From: Bacteroidota bacterium
Lineage (GTDB): Bacteria; Bacteroidota; Bacteroidia; Chitinophagales; Chitinophagaceae
DNA: 64,000 nucleotides
Reading direction: 5' to 3'
Assembly: GCA_028876495.1 (NCBI GenBank)
Contig: JAGWRO010000090.1
Span: 28,557-92,556, forward strand
The position numbers and the translations under genes were made by a program. Under the pieces are notes generated by a model. The model had not been told where the DNA came from. It saw only the letters and a program-made list of their open reading frames with translations, and searched no databases. Shown here one piece after another: positions 1-10,319 of this stretch. Positions within the stretch are counted from its first letter, which is position 1. Each line of letters starts with the position of its first letter.

Positions 1-473
1 TCTTTATGAAGCAAAGTGCCATTAAAGGGATGAGCAAAATTTTGAATAATTTCTTCGTTTACTTCGTCAATTGTATTATAATTTCCCGTTTTCCATACAA
101 AACTCTTTCGATCTTCTTTATTAATAACAGCACAGTTTCTCAAACATAATTTTTCTCGTGTATGTTCCAATAAATTTGCCAATGCGTCTTCTTTGGGGAA
201 ACCATCATCATCCATCAACCATACCCAATCGTAATTTTTTTCATATGCCATTTTTATTCCTGTATTAAAGCCGCCACCAGAACCTACATTTTTTTGAGAA
301 AAAAATTCAAGGTCTTTTTGTTGCGCAAGCCAGCTTTCAGTACTGTCATTACTACCATTATTAATAACAAGAATTTTATCAATCCTGCGGGTTTGATTTC
401 TTAATGCAGTAATACATTCACTTAATAATTTTTGGCGGTTGTAAGTTACAACCACGGCAATAACTTTTTCCAT
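1..473 (-). CDS. GT2 glycosyltransferase, GlfT1-like candidate galactofuranosyltransferase (5' part; truncated by window edge)
   Basis: Not in the ORF track. Manual translation from ATG at 473 gives MEKVIAVVVTYNRQKLLSECITALRNQT..ILVINNGSNDST..WLMDDDG (GT-A DxD motif), open to position 1. Lies directly downstream of glf. Confidence 0.85.
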   Translation of the reverse strand, partial: MEKVIAVVVTYNRQKLLSECITALRNQTRRIDKILVINNGSNDSTESWLAQQKDLEFFSQKNVGSGGGFNTGIKMAYEKNYDWVWLMDDDGFPKEDALANLLEHTREKLCLRNCAVINKEDRKSFVWKTGNYNTIDEVNEEIIQNFAHPFNGTLLHK

Positions 474-569
474 GAGGGGCGGACTTTGGAGTTTAACTGA
501 TATATAAACTTCTTTAAAAACGATAAAAGAGGGAATGTTATTGTTACTATAACAGAGGAATGAATTATT

Positions 570-1727
570 TTAATCTTCTTTGTTAGGAAAAACCGGTCTT
601 GGAGATGAGGAAGACACAGCTTTTAAAAAAGATTTTGAAAAATCAATTGCCTCGCCAATTACATTATGCATATCCATATAGCGATAAGTGGCCAACCGGC
701 CAAGGAATGAGACATTGGAAAGTAAAGCGGCTTTTTGCCGGTATTTTGTTAATAGAATTTTATCTTTTTGCAATCTTTTTGGATAATAAGGAATATCGTT
801 TACTTCGGTTTCTTTACTGAATTCTTTGAAAATGATGGTCTTTTCGTGAGACTCCCAAGGCGTAAAATGTTTATGTTCAGTAATACGGGTGTATGGAATT
901 TCTTCATCACAATAATTCATCTGTGCTGTTCCCTGGAAATCTCCATCTTGTACTGATGACTCAAATGTCACAGTACGATAACCAAGCCTTCCAAATTCAT
1001 AATTGAAGTAGGCATCAATAGGTCCTGTATAGAAAATATGATCGTATTCATTTACTCCCGCTGCAGGAACAAATTTTTTATTTAAATAAATCCGGATAGA
1101 AGGATGATCCAATAGGCTTTCTATTAAACGGCTGTATCCTTCTTTAGGAATTCCGGTAAAAAAATTGTTATGATAATTGTCATCGTAATTAAATCGAACA
1201 GGGATTCTTTTTAAAACTGAAGCAGGAAGTTCTTTTGGTTCAGCCCCCCATTGTTTCTTGGTATATCCATAAAAAAATGCCTTGTATAATTCTTTTCCAA
1301 TAAAAGAAAGTGCCTGTTCTTCAAAATTTTTTGGCTCAATAATATTTTTATCTCCAAGTGTTTTTAGAAATTCTTTTGCAGTGGAAGGTGTGAACGTTTT
1401 ATTAAAAAACTGATTTAAAGTAAGAAGATTTACAGGAAGCGTATATACTTTGCCGCTATACATGGCTTTTACGCGATGAACATAAGGAATGAATTCTGTA
1501 AATGAATTTACATAATCCCATATTTCTTTTTTATTAGTATTAAATATATGAGGTCCATACTGGTGGACCATTATTCCAGTTTCTTCATCGCGCTCGGTGT
1601 GGCAATTGCCGGCAATATGGTTTCTTTCTTCCCATACGTCAATATGGCAACCAGAATTTTTAGCCAGTTCATGTGCTAACACCGCTCCTGAAAATCCGGA
1701 CCCAATTATGAGATATTTTGAAAGCAT
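570..1727 (-). CDS. glf: UDP-galactopyranose mutase
   Basis: FAD-binding IIGSGFSG, GNC, YGPHIF, KQWG, RITE, PYYP and GRLATYRYMDM motifs. Confidence 0.95.
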   Translation of the reverse strand: MLSKYLIIGSGFSGAVLAHELAKNSGCHIDVWEERNHIAGNCHTERDEETGIMVHQYGPHIFNTNKKEIWDYVNSFTEFIPYVHRVKAMYSGKVYTLPVNLLTLNQFFNKTFTPSTAKEFLKTLGDKNIIEPKNFEEQALSFIGKELYKAFFYGYTKKQWGAEPKELPASVLKRIPVRFNYDDNYHNNFFTGIPKEGYSRLIESLLDHPSIRIYLNKKFVPAAGVNEYDHIFYTGPIDAYFNYEFGRLGYRTVTFESSVQDGDFQGTAQMNYCDEEIPYTRITEHKHFTPWESHEKTIIFKEFSKETEVNDIPYYPKRLQKDKILLTKYRQKAALLSNVSFLGRLATYRYMDMHNVIGEAIDFSKSFLKAVSSSSPRPVFPNKED

Positions 1728-1739
1728 TAATTAAAACCT

Positions 1740-2510
1740 TTATTTTTTGTTATGAACGAGCCTGTAGTAGATATATTGCCAAAGAGTAGGATGATACCAG
1801 AGTTTACTTTCTAAATTATTTTGCTTCAAGGTCAGAGAATTATTGAAAATATCTTTTACTGCTTTTTTCATATAAATAATACCTTCAGCCAACTGAAGCA
1901 ATGGGTAAGTTGAAAAATTGTCTTTTGGGGTAATGGTAATTTTTTGTTGATAGATAATTTTTCCGGTATCAATTCCTTCATCCACTAAATGAACAGTAAC
2001 TCCGCAATTTTCCATATCATTATTTACAATTGCCCAATAGCCCCCATGCACATTTCGGTATTTAGGAGTAATGCCTGCGTGGATGTTTACAAATTTAACA
2101 GGAACTGCTTTTAAAACCTCTTTAGAAATGATCCGCGTTCCGTTCACGATTACCATCTCAGGTTTTATTTTTTGTAAAAGGGAAATACATTCACCACTAT
2201 TTACAGATGGCACACCTATTACTTTTTCTGCCGGTAGTGGCGTATCCTGCAAACCATATTTTTCCAAAATTTCTTTCTTTCTTTTTGAAGAAGCCAGGTT
2301 TAAAAATTTAGCAACCGACAGCTGAAATAAAATTTGCCCAACTACTTTCCAAATGCCAAGTGTTTTTATTCTTTTTCTTAAGAATTCTTTCATTGAAACC
2401 GGGCTTTCAAGAATGATGGCTTCAATATCAAATTCATCTTTCAAAGAATTATAGAGAACACTTGTGCTAAGGCCTTTACGGGCCAACAAGATTAATCTGT
2501 GCTTACTCAT
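1740..2510 (-). CDS. Formyltransferase (N10-formyl-THF dependent), probably sugar/polysaccharide modifying
   Basis: VNIHAGITPKYR and HLVDEGIDTG carry the Asn-His-Asp catalytic triad of the formyltransferase fold; lies in a polysaccharide locus. Confidence 0.85.
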   Translation of the reverse strand: MSKHRLILLARKGLSTSVLYNSLKDEFDIEAIILESPVSMKEFLRKRIKTLGIWKVVGQILFQLSVAKFLNLASSKRKKEILEKYGLQDTPLPAEKVIGVPSVNSGECISLLQKIKPEMVIVNGTRIISKEVLKAVPVKFVNIHAGITPKYRNVHGGYWAIVNNDMENCGVTVHLVDEGIDTGKIIYQQKITITPKDNFSTYPLLQLAEGIIYMKKAVKDIFNNSLTLKQNNLESKLWYHPTLWQYIYYRLVHNKK

Positions 2511-3480
2511 TATTTAATTCTTTTGCTAATTGCCGCATACTTAAGCTTTCAAAATTAAATTCACTGTTTAATTTCTTATAATGAATTAAAATTTTTTCCA
2601 AAAAAGAAAAGTTTTCCTGGATGTTATTTCCAAAATTATGAGGATGCCACCATAAATGATACACAAGGCCTTTTTTTGCAGCGTAACCCATACTATCAGT
2701 TATTCTCTTTAAACGTAAGTTTTCAAATGCCTTTAATTTTTTTGAGTAGGGCCTTAAAAATCTGCTTGACGGAATATTTAATATCACCTGGTCTTTCATT
2801 TCCTCTGATGAATAACAATTTTTTCCACTTAGATTCAAGTAGGAGTCTAATAAACGAAAGGGCCTTCTTAGAAAATTATCAGCACCAAAACTTTCTGAAG
2901 AAAATAACCATGATTTTTCATTTCCACGGTAACAAGTAAATCCCAATTCCCGGCAAACGTTTAAATAATCTTTATTGTATTGATTTCTCGGAAAAACAAA
3001 ACTCTTTAGTTCTATGCCATTTTTTTGTGCCATTTTTTTGGCTGCTATCAGGTCTTCCTTAAATTCTTCTTTTGTCTGACCTTTTTCAAGACAATAATAA
3101 TGAGAGAAAGTGTGTGAACCGATTTCCTGGTCATTGTTCACAATTTGCTGAATCAGGCTACTTGCAAAATGAAATGGATCAACTTTTTCATTTTCTCCCA
3201 CTGAATCAAAATGGTTGGTGTATGGTGAGAGTTTTGCATTTTTGTATTCAGGTTTTTTATTTGGCAGATTTTTAAGAAGTTCTTCTTTTGTATTGAAAAA
3301 TAAAAATCCAACGGTTGCAAAAGTTGCTTGAATATCATATTGTTTGAACAAGTCTAATAATAAAGGAATTACTTTTTGTACACCCAAAAGATGTTCTCCG
3401 TATTGCTTTAGCGTAACTGCGTCGCGTACTCCCCAGTAGATTTCAAAATCAAGTGAAATAACTAATTTTCCGTTTGCCAT
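2503..3480 (-). CDS. Polysaccharide deacetylase family protein (NodB/CE4-like)
   Basis: ISLDFE, ATFATVG, EIGSHTFSHYY metal-binding His pair, FVFPRN and HLWWHPHN. Overlaps the formyltransferase start by 8 nt. Confidence 0.85.
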   Translation of the reverse strand: MANGKLVISLDFEIYWGVRDAVTLKQYGEHLLGVQKVIPLLLDLFKQYDIQATFATVGFLFFNTKEELLKNLPNKKPEYKNAKLSPYTNHFDSVGENEKVDPFHFASSLIQQIVNNDQEIGSHTFSHYYCLEKGQTKEEFKEDLIAAKKMAQKNGIELKSFVFPRNQYNKDYLNVCRELGFTCYRGNEKSWLFSSESFGADNFLRRPFRLLDSYLNLSGKNCYSSEEMKDQVILNIPSSRFLRPYSKKLKAFENLRLKRITDSMGYAAKKGLVYHLWWHPHNFGNNIQENFSFLEKILIHYKKLNSEFNFESLSMRQLAKELNNE

Positions 3481-3562
3481 TTCAACAATATTAATTGAAA
3501 AAAATGATTTCTATTATTTAAATAAACTTATTTTGTCCTACTGAAAAGCCTGAAAGTTGAAT

Positions 3563-4465
3563 ATGAAAAGTGAATTTACAAGAAGCCCCGAAAGAATCAT
3601 CAAAACAAAGAAAAGGGAAATTTTTATTTTTGATATTGAAGGAAAAAATATAGATCAAAAAGTAGTAAATGAATTCGGGGATGAGTGGTTAAAGTTTTAT
3701 GAGCATGATGATGACCTGGTAAAGAAAGGAGGAGAAGAATACTTTGATATTCTTACCGACCAAATGATAAATGCAAATTCGTATGTGCTTGATATTGGCT
3801 GTGGAACGGGAAGGTGGACAAAATATCTTGCAGGCAAAGTTGGCTTTATAGAGGCTGTTGATCCGAGTAACGCTATTTTTGCTGCAGATAAATTACTGGG
3901 AAAAATAGAAAATGTACGATTATTAAAAGCATCAATTGAAACTCTACCTTTTGCCGACGAAACTTTTGATTTTGTAATGAGTATTGGGGTATTACATCAC
4001 ATACCCAACACTCGCCAGGCTTTAATAGATTGTGTAAAAAAAGTAAAAAAGGGAGGATATTTTTTCGTTTACTTATATTATAATTTAGATAGAAGAGGGC
4101 CGCTTTATAAAGCGTTATTTCATTCAAGCGATTTGATAAGAAAAGCCGTGAGCAGGCTTCCCGGAAAAATTAAGCATTTTGTGTGCGACGGTTTAGCGAT
4201 CATTTTTTATATGCCTTTTATTTTAGTTGGAAGGTTTTTTAAATTTTTGGGATTTACAGATTTGGCAAAAAGAATGCCGTTACATGGTTATCAAAACCGT
4301 TCGTTTTTCATGATACGAAATGATACTTTAGATCGTTTTGGAACAAGACTCGAACAGCGATTCTCTAAAAAGGAAGTTATTGAAATGATGGAGGCGGCGG
4401 GATTAACTAATATTGTAATAAGCCCCGGAATTCCATATTATCATGCCGTTGGAAAGAAGAAATAA
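3563..4465 (+). CDS. Class I SAM-dependent methyltransferase, inverted within the locus
   Basis: VLDIGCGTGRW motif I, EAVD, LPFADETFDFV..GVLHH. ATG 3563 preferred over TTG 3557. Confidence 0.85.
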   Translation: MKSEFTRSPERIIKTKKREIFIFDIEGKNIDQKVVNEFGDEWLKFYEHDDDLVKKGGEEYFDILTDQMINANSYVLDIGCGTGRWTKYLAGKVGFIEAVDPSNAIFAADKLLGKIENVRLLKASIETLPFADETFDFVMSIGVLHHIPNTRQALIDCVKKVKKGGYFFVYLYYNLDRRGPLYKALFHSSDLIRKAVSRLPGKIKHFVCDGLAIIFYMPFILVGRFFKFLGFTDLAKRMPLHGYQNRSFFMIRNDTLDRFGTRLEQRFSKKEVIEMMEAAGLTNIVISPGIPYYHAVGKKK

Positions 4466-4547
4466 ACAGTAAATCAACAAATAACACGGATTTAATTTTT
4501 GGCAATCAGACAAATTATTCTGACACCAACCGGGAGCTCTTTTTATT

Positions 4548-5774
4548 TTATGCTAAAATTTGATTGTAAATTTTACGATACTTTTCAATGGCATTATCAA
4601 GATTGTAAAATTCCCCGGCTGCATTTCTGATTTCATTTTGATTAAAATTGATCCTTTTAGAGATTTGGCTAACCGCTGATTGATATTCTGATTGATTTAA
4701 GTCTTTCAATACAATTCCGGATTGATATTTTTCAACTATATATGCTACATCTCCAACGCCGGCATTGGTTATTACGGGAATTCCCATTGCCATAATTTCT
4801 CCATGTTTGGTAGGAGAAGAAGATTGTTTTGAATAACATGGCTTTATAAAAAAGGCAGAAAAGTTACTTAAGGATAAAAGTCCTGGAATTTCGTTTCTTT
4901 TTGCCTTCCTGAGAATTATTTTATCTTGTTGTAAGCCGAATTTATTTGCTTTCTTGCTTATAGTATTATGTTCATTAGGAGAGATAAATAAAAATTTTGC
5001 ATTTGGAATATGATCACTGATAATTTTAAAAAACTGCATCATTTCATCTATGAGATACCAACTTCCGATTGAACCAAGATAGCTGATTATAAAATCGCTG
5101 TCATTAATATTCAACTCAGATTTCAATTTTGATTTTTGGAAAGTATCAATTTTTTCCGGATCAAATAAATTCATATCAACACTACAGGGAATCACTTCTA
5201 CAGGGATTTCATTTTTATATAGAGACCATCCTTTTATTATTTTTTCTGCAACATAAGTAAGGCAAACAATTCCGTTACTGTTTTCAACTTCTTCTTTTTC
5301 TTTTCTTTTAAAAAAATCGTAAATTTTTTTGTGGAAAAAATTCGTTTTATGCCAGATGTTACCATCTAAGCGGCTGTCGGCATAAAACTCCCTGATATCA
5401 TTTAAAAATTTAAGGCCAAATTTTTTCTTCATCCATAAGCCAATCAATGCAGGGATTCCTGGCCTGGTATGAACTATATCGAATTTTTCTTTTGAATGAA
5501 GTTTTCGTGCTTTTTTCTTTAATTGAAAAACATCATATATGGTAGAAAACACCAGAGGGTTTTTATGATAGGAAATGGGAACCCATTTTATTGAAAATGA
5601 TTCTAAAAGATTTTCAATTTCATTCCTATGTAAAGAATAATTTTTTGGTTTCTCGCAACTTAAAATGGTAAACCTGTATCCAAACTTTGTTAGCCCTGCC
5701 AGGTAAGGTATTACCTGGCTTTGACCAAGTGGATCAGTCATGCCATCATAAGATATGAAAAGTATATTCGGCAT
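4548..5774 (-). CDS. GT4 family glycosyltransferase
   Basis: GT-B C-terminal SSPTKHGEIMAMGIPVITN and YLGSIGSWY. Confidence 0.85.
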   Translation of the reverse strand: MPNILFISYDGMTDPLGQSQVIPYLAGLTKFGYRFTILSCEKPKNYSLHRNEIENLLESFSIKWVPISYHKNPLVFSTIYDVFQLKKKARKLHSKEKFDIVHTRPGIPALIGLWMKKKFGLKFLNDIREFYADSRLDGNIWHKTNFFHKKIYDFFKRKEKEEVENSNGIVCLTYVAEKIIKGWSLYKNEIPVEVIPCSVDMNLFDPEKIDTFQKSKLKSELNINDSDFIISYLGSIGSWYLIDEMMQFFKIISDHIPNAKFLFISPNEHNTISKKANKFGLQQDKIILRKAKRNEIPGLLSLSNFSAFFIKPCYSKQSSSPTKHGEIMAMGIPVITNAGVGDVAYIVEKYQSGIVLKDLNQSEYQSAVSQISKRINFNQNEIRNAAGEFYNLDNAIEKYRKIYNQILA

Positions 5775-5787
5775 TTAGAATTAAATA

Positions 5788-6876
5788 TTATTGCGCAGTT
5801 TGCAAAATTGAATCGTAAATATTGAAAAGTTTTTTTAGATAAATTTCTTTGGTGTATTTTTTTGAAATTCTTATTCCATTTTTTGAAATTTCATTCAAAT
5901 CATATTTCTTTTCCAAAATTGATTTGATTAAATCAGAGAAAGAGATGGGATTGCTCACATCAAAAAATAAAGCATTTTCCATAGTAATTTCATGGTAAAC
6001 CGGCAAGTCAGATAATAATAAAGGAATGCCTGTTGCCATTGCTTCCACTGAGGCTATTCCAAAACCTTCGTGTTTGGAACAAGAAACATATAAATCATAA
6101 TCAGTAAGCAATTCATGTAAGTTATTTACAGGCCCTTTAAAAATAATTGCCAAGTTATTTTTTTCAATTTCGTTTCTCAGTATTTCAAAATCTATTCGAT
6201 TGCCTTGCCCATAAACATCTAAAGAAACCTTGTAATCTTTTAAATAACTAAAGGCACTTACAAGATAGGCGTAGTTTTTTGTTTTCTTTAAATTGCCAAC
6301 AGCAATTAGTTTTAATTTTTGAAGGCCATTATAATCCTTTTCATATTTATTTTCGCAAAAAAATAAATTTGAGATATAATTTTTTAAAACAAAAGAGTTG
6401 ATATTCTTCGCAATAGTTTTTTCATAATCTTTCAACACAGCATTAGAAACTGCAATTACCGAATGATTTTTTTTTATAGTTTTTTTCTCTAAAAAGGTGA
6501 GTAGTTTACTATTATTAAAAACATTTTTACTCATTTCACCATGTAAGGAGTAAACTAAAGGAACACTTGAAGGGCAAGCCAACCGGGCAATTAAACTACT
6601 ATAAAACAAATGAGAATGGATAATTGATGGCCGATGGTTTTTTATTATTTTTTTTAATTTCCAGATGCTGGAGATCAAATAAAAATTGCTTTTGAAGCCC
6701 AATGAATATCTTTTTTTGCATTCAATTTCTTCTATGAAATCGCATTCTGCCGATAACGTAACAAGAGTTACTTCAAAAATTTTATTCAGGTCATGAAGAA
6801 TTCCGGTTAATAATATTTCAGCGCCTCCTTTTTTTAAATTATCAATAACTATAAGTAGTGAGGTTTTGCATTTCAT
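5788..6876 (-). CDS. GT4 family glycosyltransferase
   Basis: GGAE N-terminal motif, VGNLKKTKN, EGFGIASVEAMATGIP (EX7E). Confidence 0.9.
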   Translation of the reverse strand: MKCKTSLLIVIDNLKKGGAEILLTGILHDLNKIFEVTLVTLSAECDFIEEIECKKRYSLGFKSNFYLISSIWKLKKIIKNHRPSIIHSHLFYSSLIARLACPSSVPLVYSLHGEMSKNVFNNSKLLTFLEKKTIKKNHSVIAVSNAVLKDYEKTIAKNINSFVLKNYISNLFFCENKYEKDYNGLQKLKLIAVGNLKKTKNYAYLVSAFSYLKDYKVSLDVYGQGNRIDFEILRNEIEKNNLAIIFKGPVNNLHELLTDYDLYVSCSKHEGFGIASVEAMATGIPLLLSDLPVYHEITMENALFFDVSNPISFSDLIKSILEKKYDLNEISKNGIRISKKYTKEIYLKKLFNIYDSILQTAQ

Positions 6877-6934
6877 TTGGCCTGATAGTAATTAAAAGTT
6901 CTTTTTATAAATCATTATCCCCAAAAACTTATTC

Positions 6935-8014
6935 TTAGGCGTTAGTATAATTTAGTAAAATATGATTTCTTGAAAAAGCATATACTCCTTTTATTGAAAA
7001 ATAAAAAAATAGGAAAATATCCTTTAGAGAGAAGTCAATCAAAAAAAATAAAAAATAAAAAGAAGCTGATATATTTCCCTTGTTTATATGATGCCAACAT
7101 CTGTCAAACCAGTTTTTTTTCAACACTTTATTAAATAAGTGTGTGTCGAATGCCTTTTGGTTCCGATTCATTTCCTTTAATTTTTTGAGCCATTTACTGC
7201 TATCTTTTAAAGATTTTGCATTCTGTTTAAAACTACCAAAATACCACGATGAATGAACAAAAAGCTCTTCTTCTGTTGGTTCATAATTAAAATAACCCCT
7301 AAACTGTTCTTTTATAACTTCATTAAATAATTGAAGTTTACGAGAGTCTTCGGTACTATGGCTTATATTTTCTGAATAAGACCGGTACAATATCAAAGGC
7401 TCTTTTAGATTAGTTAATCTATGGTTGGAAGCTAATTTTGTCCATAGTTTATAATCTTCCCAGCTTGGGTATTTAACATCATATTCTGCGTTTTTAAATA
7501 ATTCTGCGTTAATCATGATTGATGATTGGGAAAAACAATTTCTGAATAATAATGTAGCTTTTATTTCTTCAGGATCTGTTTGTAAAGGTGTTAAAAAAGA
7601 CCACTTTCCATTTCTTCTTATACCATTTTTATTTATAAATATACAAGGAGAACCTACTAAAATATTATCATTGTTAGCCTTTAAAAAGTCTATTTGTTTT
7701 TGAAAACGAGTTGGCAAAGCAATATCATCTGAATCGAGTAGAGCAAAAAATTTTCCTCTTGCTTCTTTTAATAACCTATTTCTACTGTATGGAATTCCTT
7801 TATTTTCTTCGTTCTTTAGGATTCGTATTCTGCAGTCATTAAATTCAAGTATTTTTTTAACTGTATTATCAGTAGAAGCATCATCCAATATTATAAGTTC
7901 AAAATCGGTAAAAGTTTGATTAAGAATGCTTTTTATAGAATCAGAAATAAATTCTTCACGATTATAGGCCGGCATTAAAACGCTTATCTCAGGTTGTTGT
8001 AAAATATTATCCAT
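6935..8014 (-). CDS. GT2 family glycosyltransferase
   Basis: ISVLMPAYN, LDDASTD, LLDSDD, EDYKLW. Confidence 0.9.
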   Translation of the reverse strand: MDNILQQPEISVLMPAYNREEFISDSIKSILNQTFTDFELIILDDASTDNTVKKILEFNDCRIRILKNEENKGIPYSRNRLLKEARGKFFALLDSDDIALPTRFQKQIDFLKANNDNILVGSPCIFINKNGIRRNGKWSFLTPLQTDPEEIKATLLFRNCFSQSSIMINAELFKNAEYDVKYPSWEDYKLWTKLASNHRLTNLKEPLILYRSYSENISHSTEDSRKLQLFNEVIKEQFRGYFNYEPTEEELFVHSSWYFGSFKQNAKSLKDSSKWLKKLKEMNRNQKAFDTHLFNKVLKKNWFDRCWHHINKGNISASFYFLFFLIDFSLKDIFLFFYFSIKGVYAFSRNHILLNYTNA

Positions 8015-8068
8015 AAAAAATTAAGAATATAAATGTTTATGTTTTATAGGCGTATAGAAGGCATTTAT

Positions 8069-8998
8069 TTAAACTTCAGTTATACTTATTCGTTTTTTTG
8101 AAAACACTGTTGATACCATGAATGGCTTTCTCAAAATACCCAGAACTGTTTTACCAGTTTGTTTAAAATAAAAATAGTTAAATCTATAGTTTTTTAAAAT
8201 AAATACGAGAGTTTTCAGGGAAGGCTCCATTGTAGCATAATGATACGTTTTTGTATTATTAATTAATTTTTTTGTTTCCTGAATTTCTGCATAGTGAGAA
8301 AATTTATTAACGATATAATCAAATCCCTTGAGCATATACTGGTAATTTCCTGTAATGTTCACTCCATTTTTTATTCTATAATAGGCTAATTCTTTATTAA
8401 CAAGACCAATGGGGAATTTTTCAGCTATCCTTATAAACATATCCCAATCCTCCAATAGCGAGTTCTCGTCAAAATTGCCCACTTTTTTAAAGGTTCGCCT
8501 TTTTATAATACATCCTGTAGTACTAATAAAACATTCCTTTAATATTTCTATAAGAATCCATCCTTCTTTAAATTTATTTTTTTTTGCTGATATTAAAGTT
8601 TTTTTTGTATCATCAAAATAATAATAACAACTGGTATAAACCATACCAAATTCAGGATGTTGATTAAAATATTTCACTTTCTCTTCTATACTATCCCTCG
8701 TTAACCAATCGTCAGTAGATAAAGGACATATGTATAGTCCTAAAGAATTCTCTAATAATAAATTCAGGTTTTTTGAAATACCTTTTGATTCTGCATTGCA
8801 AAATATTTTATAAGAGATACCTGATTGTTCCAATGCTTTTTTTGCAATTTCAAAAGTATTATCGTTAGAAGCATTGTCTAAATATATGATCTCAATATTC
8901 TTATAAGTTTGTTCTTTCAGGCTTAAAATACATTGCTCAATGAACAGCTCATGATTCATACTTAGCAGGAGGATACTTACAAGTGGATTTTCATTCAT
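8069..8998 (-). CDS. GT2 family glycosyltransferase
   Basis: PLVSILL, YLDNASND, STDD, EDWDMFIR. Confidence 0.88.
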   Translation of the reverse strand: MNENPLVSILLLSMNHELFIEQCILSLKEQTYKNIEIIYLDNASNDNTFEIAKKALEQSGISYKIFCNAESKGISKNLNLLLENSLGLYICPLSTDDWLTRDSIEEKVKYFNQHPEFGMVYTSCYYYFDDTKKTLISAKKNKFKEGWILIEILKECFISTTGCIIKRRTFKKVGNFDENSLLEDWDMFIRIAEKFPIGLVNKELAYYRIKNGVNITGNYQYMLKGFDYIVNKFSHYAEIQETKKLINNTKTYHYATMEPSLKTLVFILKNYRFNYFYFKQTGKTVLGILRKPFMVSTVFSKKRISITEV

Positions 8999-9074
8999 TT
9001 TTGTACTCTTTCTTTTACTACGGTATAAACGTTATAATAATTAAATACATTGTGTTTTAAAAGAGAATCATAGT

Positions 9075-10319
9075 CTATGATTTTAATTTATTCTTCATTA
9101 ATACCCACATCAAAATCCAATAAAGTAAATAATTAATACAAAACGAATAAGTAGCGCCAATTATTCCATATTGATCCATAAAATAATAAGATAAGGCTAC
9201 ATAAGTAGCAGCAAATATAATTTCGGTGGCGATATAGGCTCTTGTCATAGCTTTTGCGATCATTAAATAGCCTAACAACCAACTTCCAATTTTAAAAAAA
9301 TCACCCAATAATTGATAGGTAAATAGCGGTTTCATTGGCAAAAATTCCGGGGTAAATAAAATGTGAATGATCAGATCTTTAAACAACCAAATTAAAAAGG
9401 CGATAGCTCCCACTATCGGCAAAATAATTTTGTAACCACCCATGATTTCATGCCTTAATTCGGCCTTACTTTTTAATTCTGATAACCTTGGCATGTAATA
9501 AACTCCCAATACTGAAGTAATGAATCCTAAATAATAATCAGAGATTTTTGTGACAGCCTGCCAGTAACCTGCATCCGCTACCGAAAATTGAAGTATAATT
9601 CTATCTCTTACCAATATTTGCATGGTAGGTATCACGAAACCACTTACGATTGCCATCAATGAAAAACCAGAAAGCATTTTGACAACTCGATTATCCCATG
9701 ATTTAAAATCAGGCTTCCATCTTATTCCTAGTTTATTAAAAAAATAAATATTTATAAGAAAAACAACAATAGCGGTGGCGGTGCTTGCTATTAAAACCCC
9801 TTTTAAACCAAAAGTATAAGCAAAAATTACTGTAATAGTTACACCCGTTAATGAAGAGCAAATATTGGCAATGGTAAATTTCCTTATTTCTTTTAATCCA
9901 TTTAAAATGGCTGAAAACATTACATTGAAAGAAATTGCCATGGTAAATAATCCAAATAAAAAATAGACGATCCAGAAATTTTTTGTCTTGAAAGCCGCTT
10001 CAGATAAATAACCGCTGGTGCTTATCACAAATAAAGAAATAATCAACGAACTAAAAAAGACAATAAGAAAGGCAGTATTAATGATTTGTTTTCTTTTTTC
10101 GGGATCACTTTTATGTTCGGCCAGGTATTTAATTACGCCTGTAGAAATAGCAGCGGTTGCCAGCATAGTTAAGATAGCGGTAGTATTTTGAAACTGTCCA
10201 ACAAAAGCAATTCCTTTCGGTCCTATTTTTACAGCTACTACTTTTACAACAATAAAGCCACTGATAAAAGTAATAGCTGTAGAAATAGAAGTATAAAAAC
10301 TGGTTTTTAGTAAGTTCAC
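9075..10319 (-). CDS. wzx: O-antigen/oligosaccharide flippase (WzxE-like translocase)
   Basis: Multi-TM protein with [25 protein letters not shown] and GDFFKIGSW. Start refined to GTG 10319, which overlaps the upstream TGA as GTGA. Confidence 0.88.
   Translation of the reverse strand: MNLLKTSFYTSISTAITFISGFIVVKVVAVKIGPKGIAFVGQFQNTTAILTMLATAAISTGVIKYLAEHKSDPEKRKQIINTAFLIVFFSSLIISLFVISTSGYLSEAAFKTKNFWIVYFLFGLFTMAISFNVMFSAILNGLKEIRKFTIANICSSLTGVTITVIFAYTFGLKGVLIASTATAIVVFLINIYFFNKLGIRWKPDFKSWDNRVVKMLSGFSLMAIVSGFVIPTMQILVRDRIILQFSVADAGYWQAVTKISDYYLGFITSVLGVYYMPRLSELKSKAELRHEIMGGYKIILPIVGAIAFLIWLFKDLIIHILFTPEFLPMKPLFTYQLLGDFFKIGSWLLGYLMIAKAMTRAYIATEIIFAATYVALSYYFMDQYGIIGATYSFCINYLLYWILMWVLMKNKLKS

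Noticed and set aside
542-554. Short palindrome TGTTA-CTA-TAACA, with a similar one near 62706
   Set aside because: Five-bp AT-rich arms are expected by chance.
6467-6655. A8-A9 tracts in the GT4 gene, and similar runs elsewhere
   Set aside because: Runs of this length are frequent throughout this AT-rich window, including in housekeeping genes.
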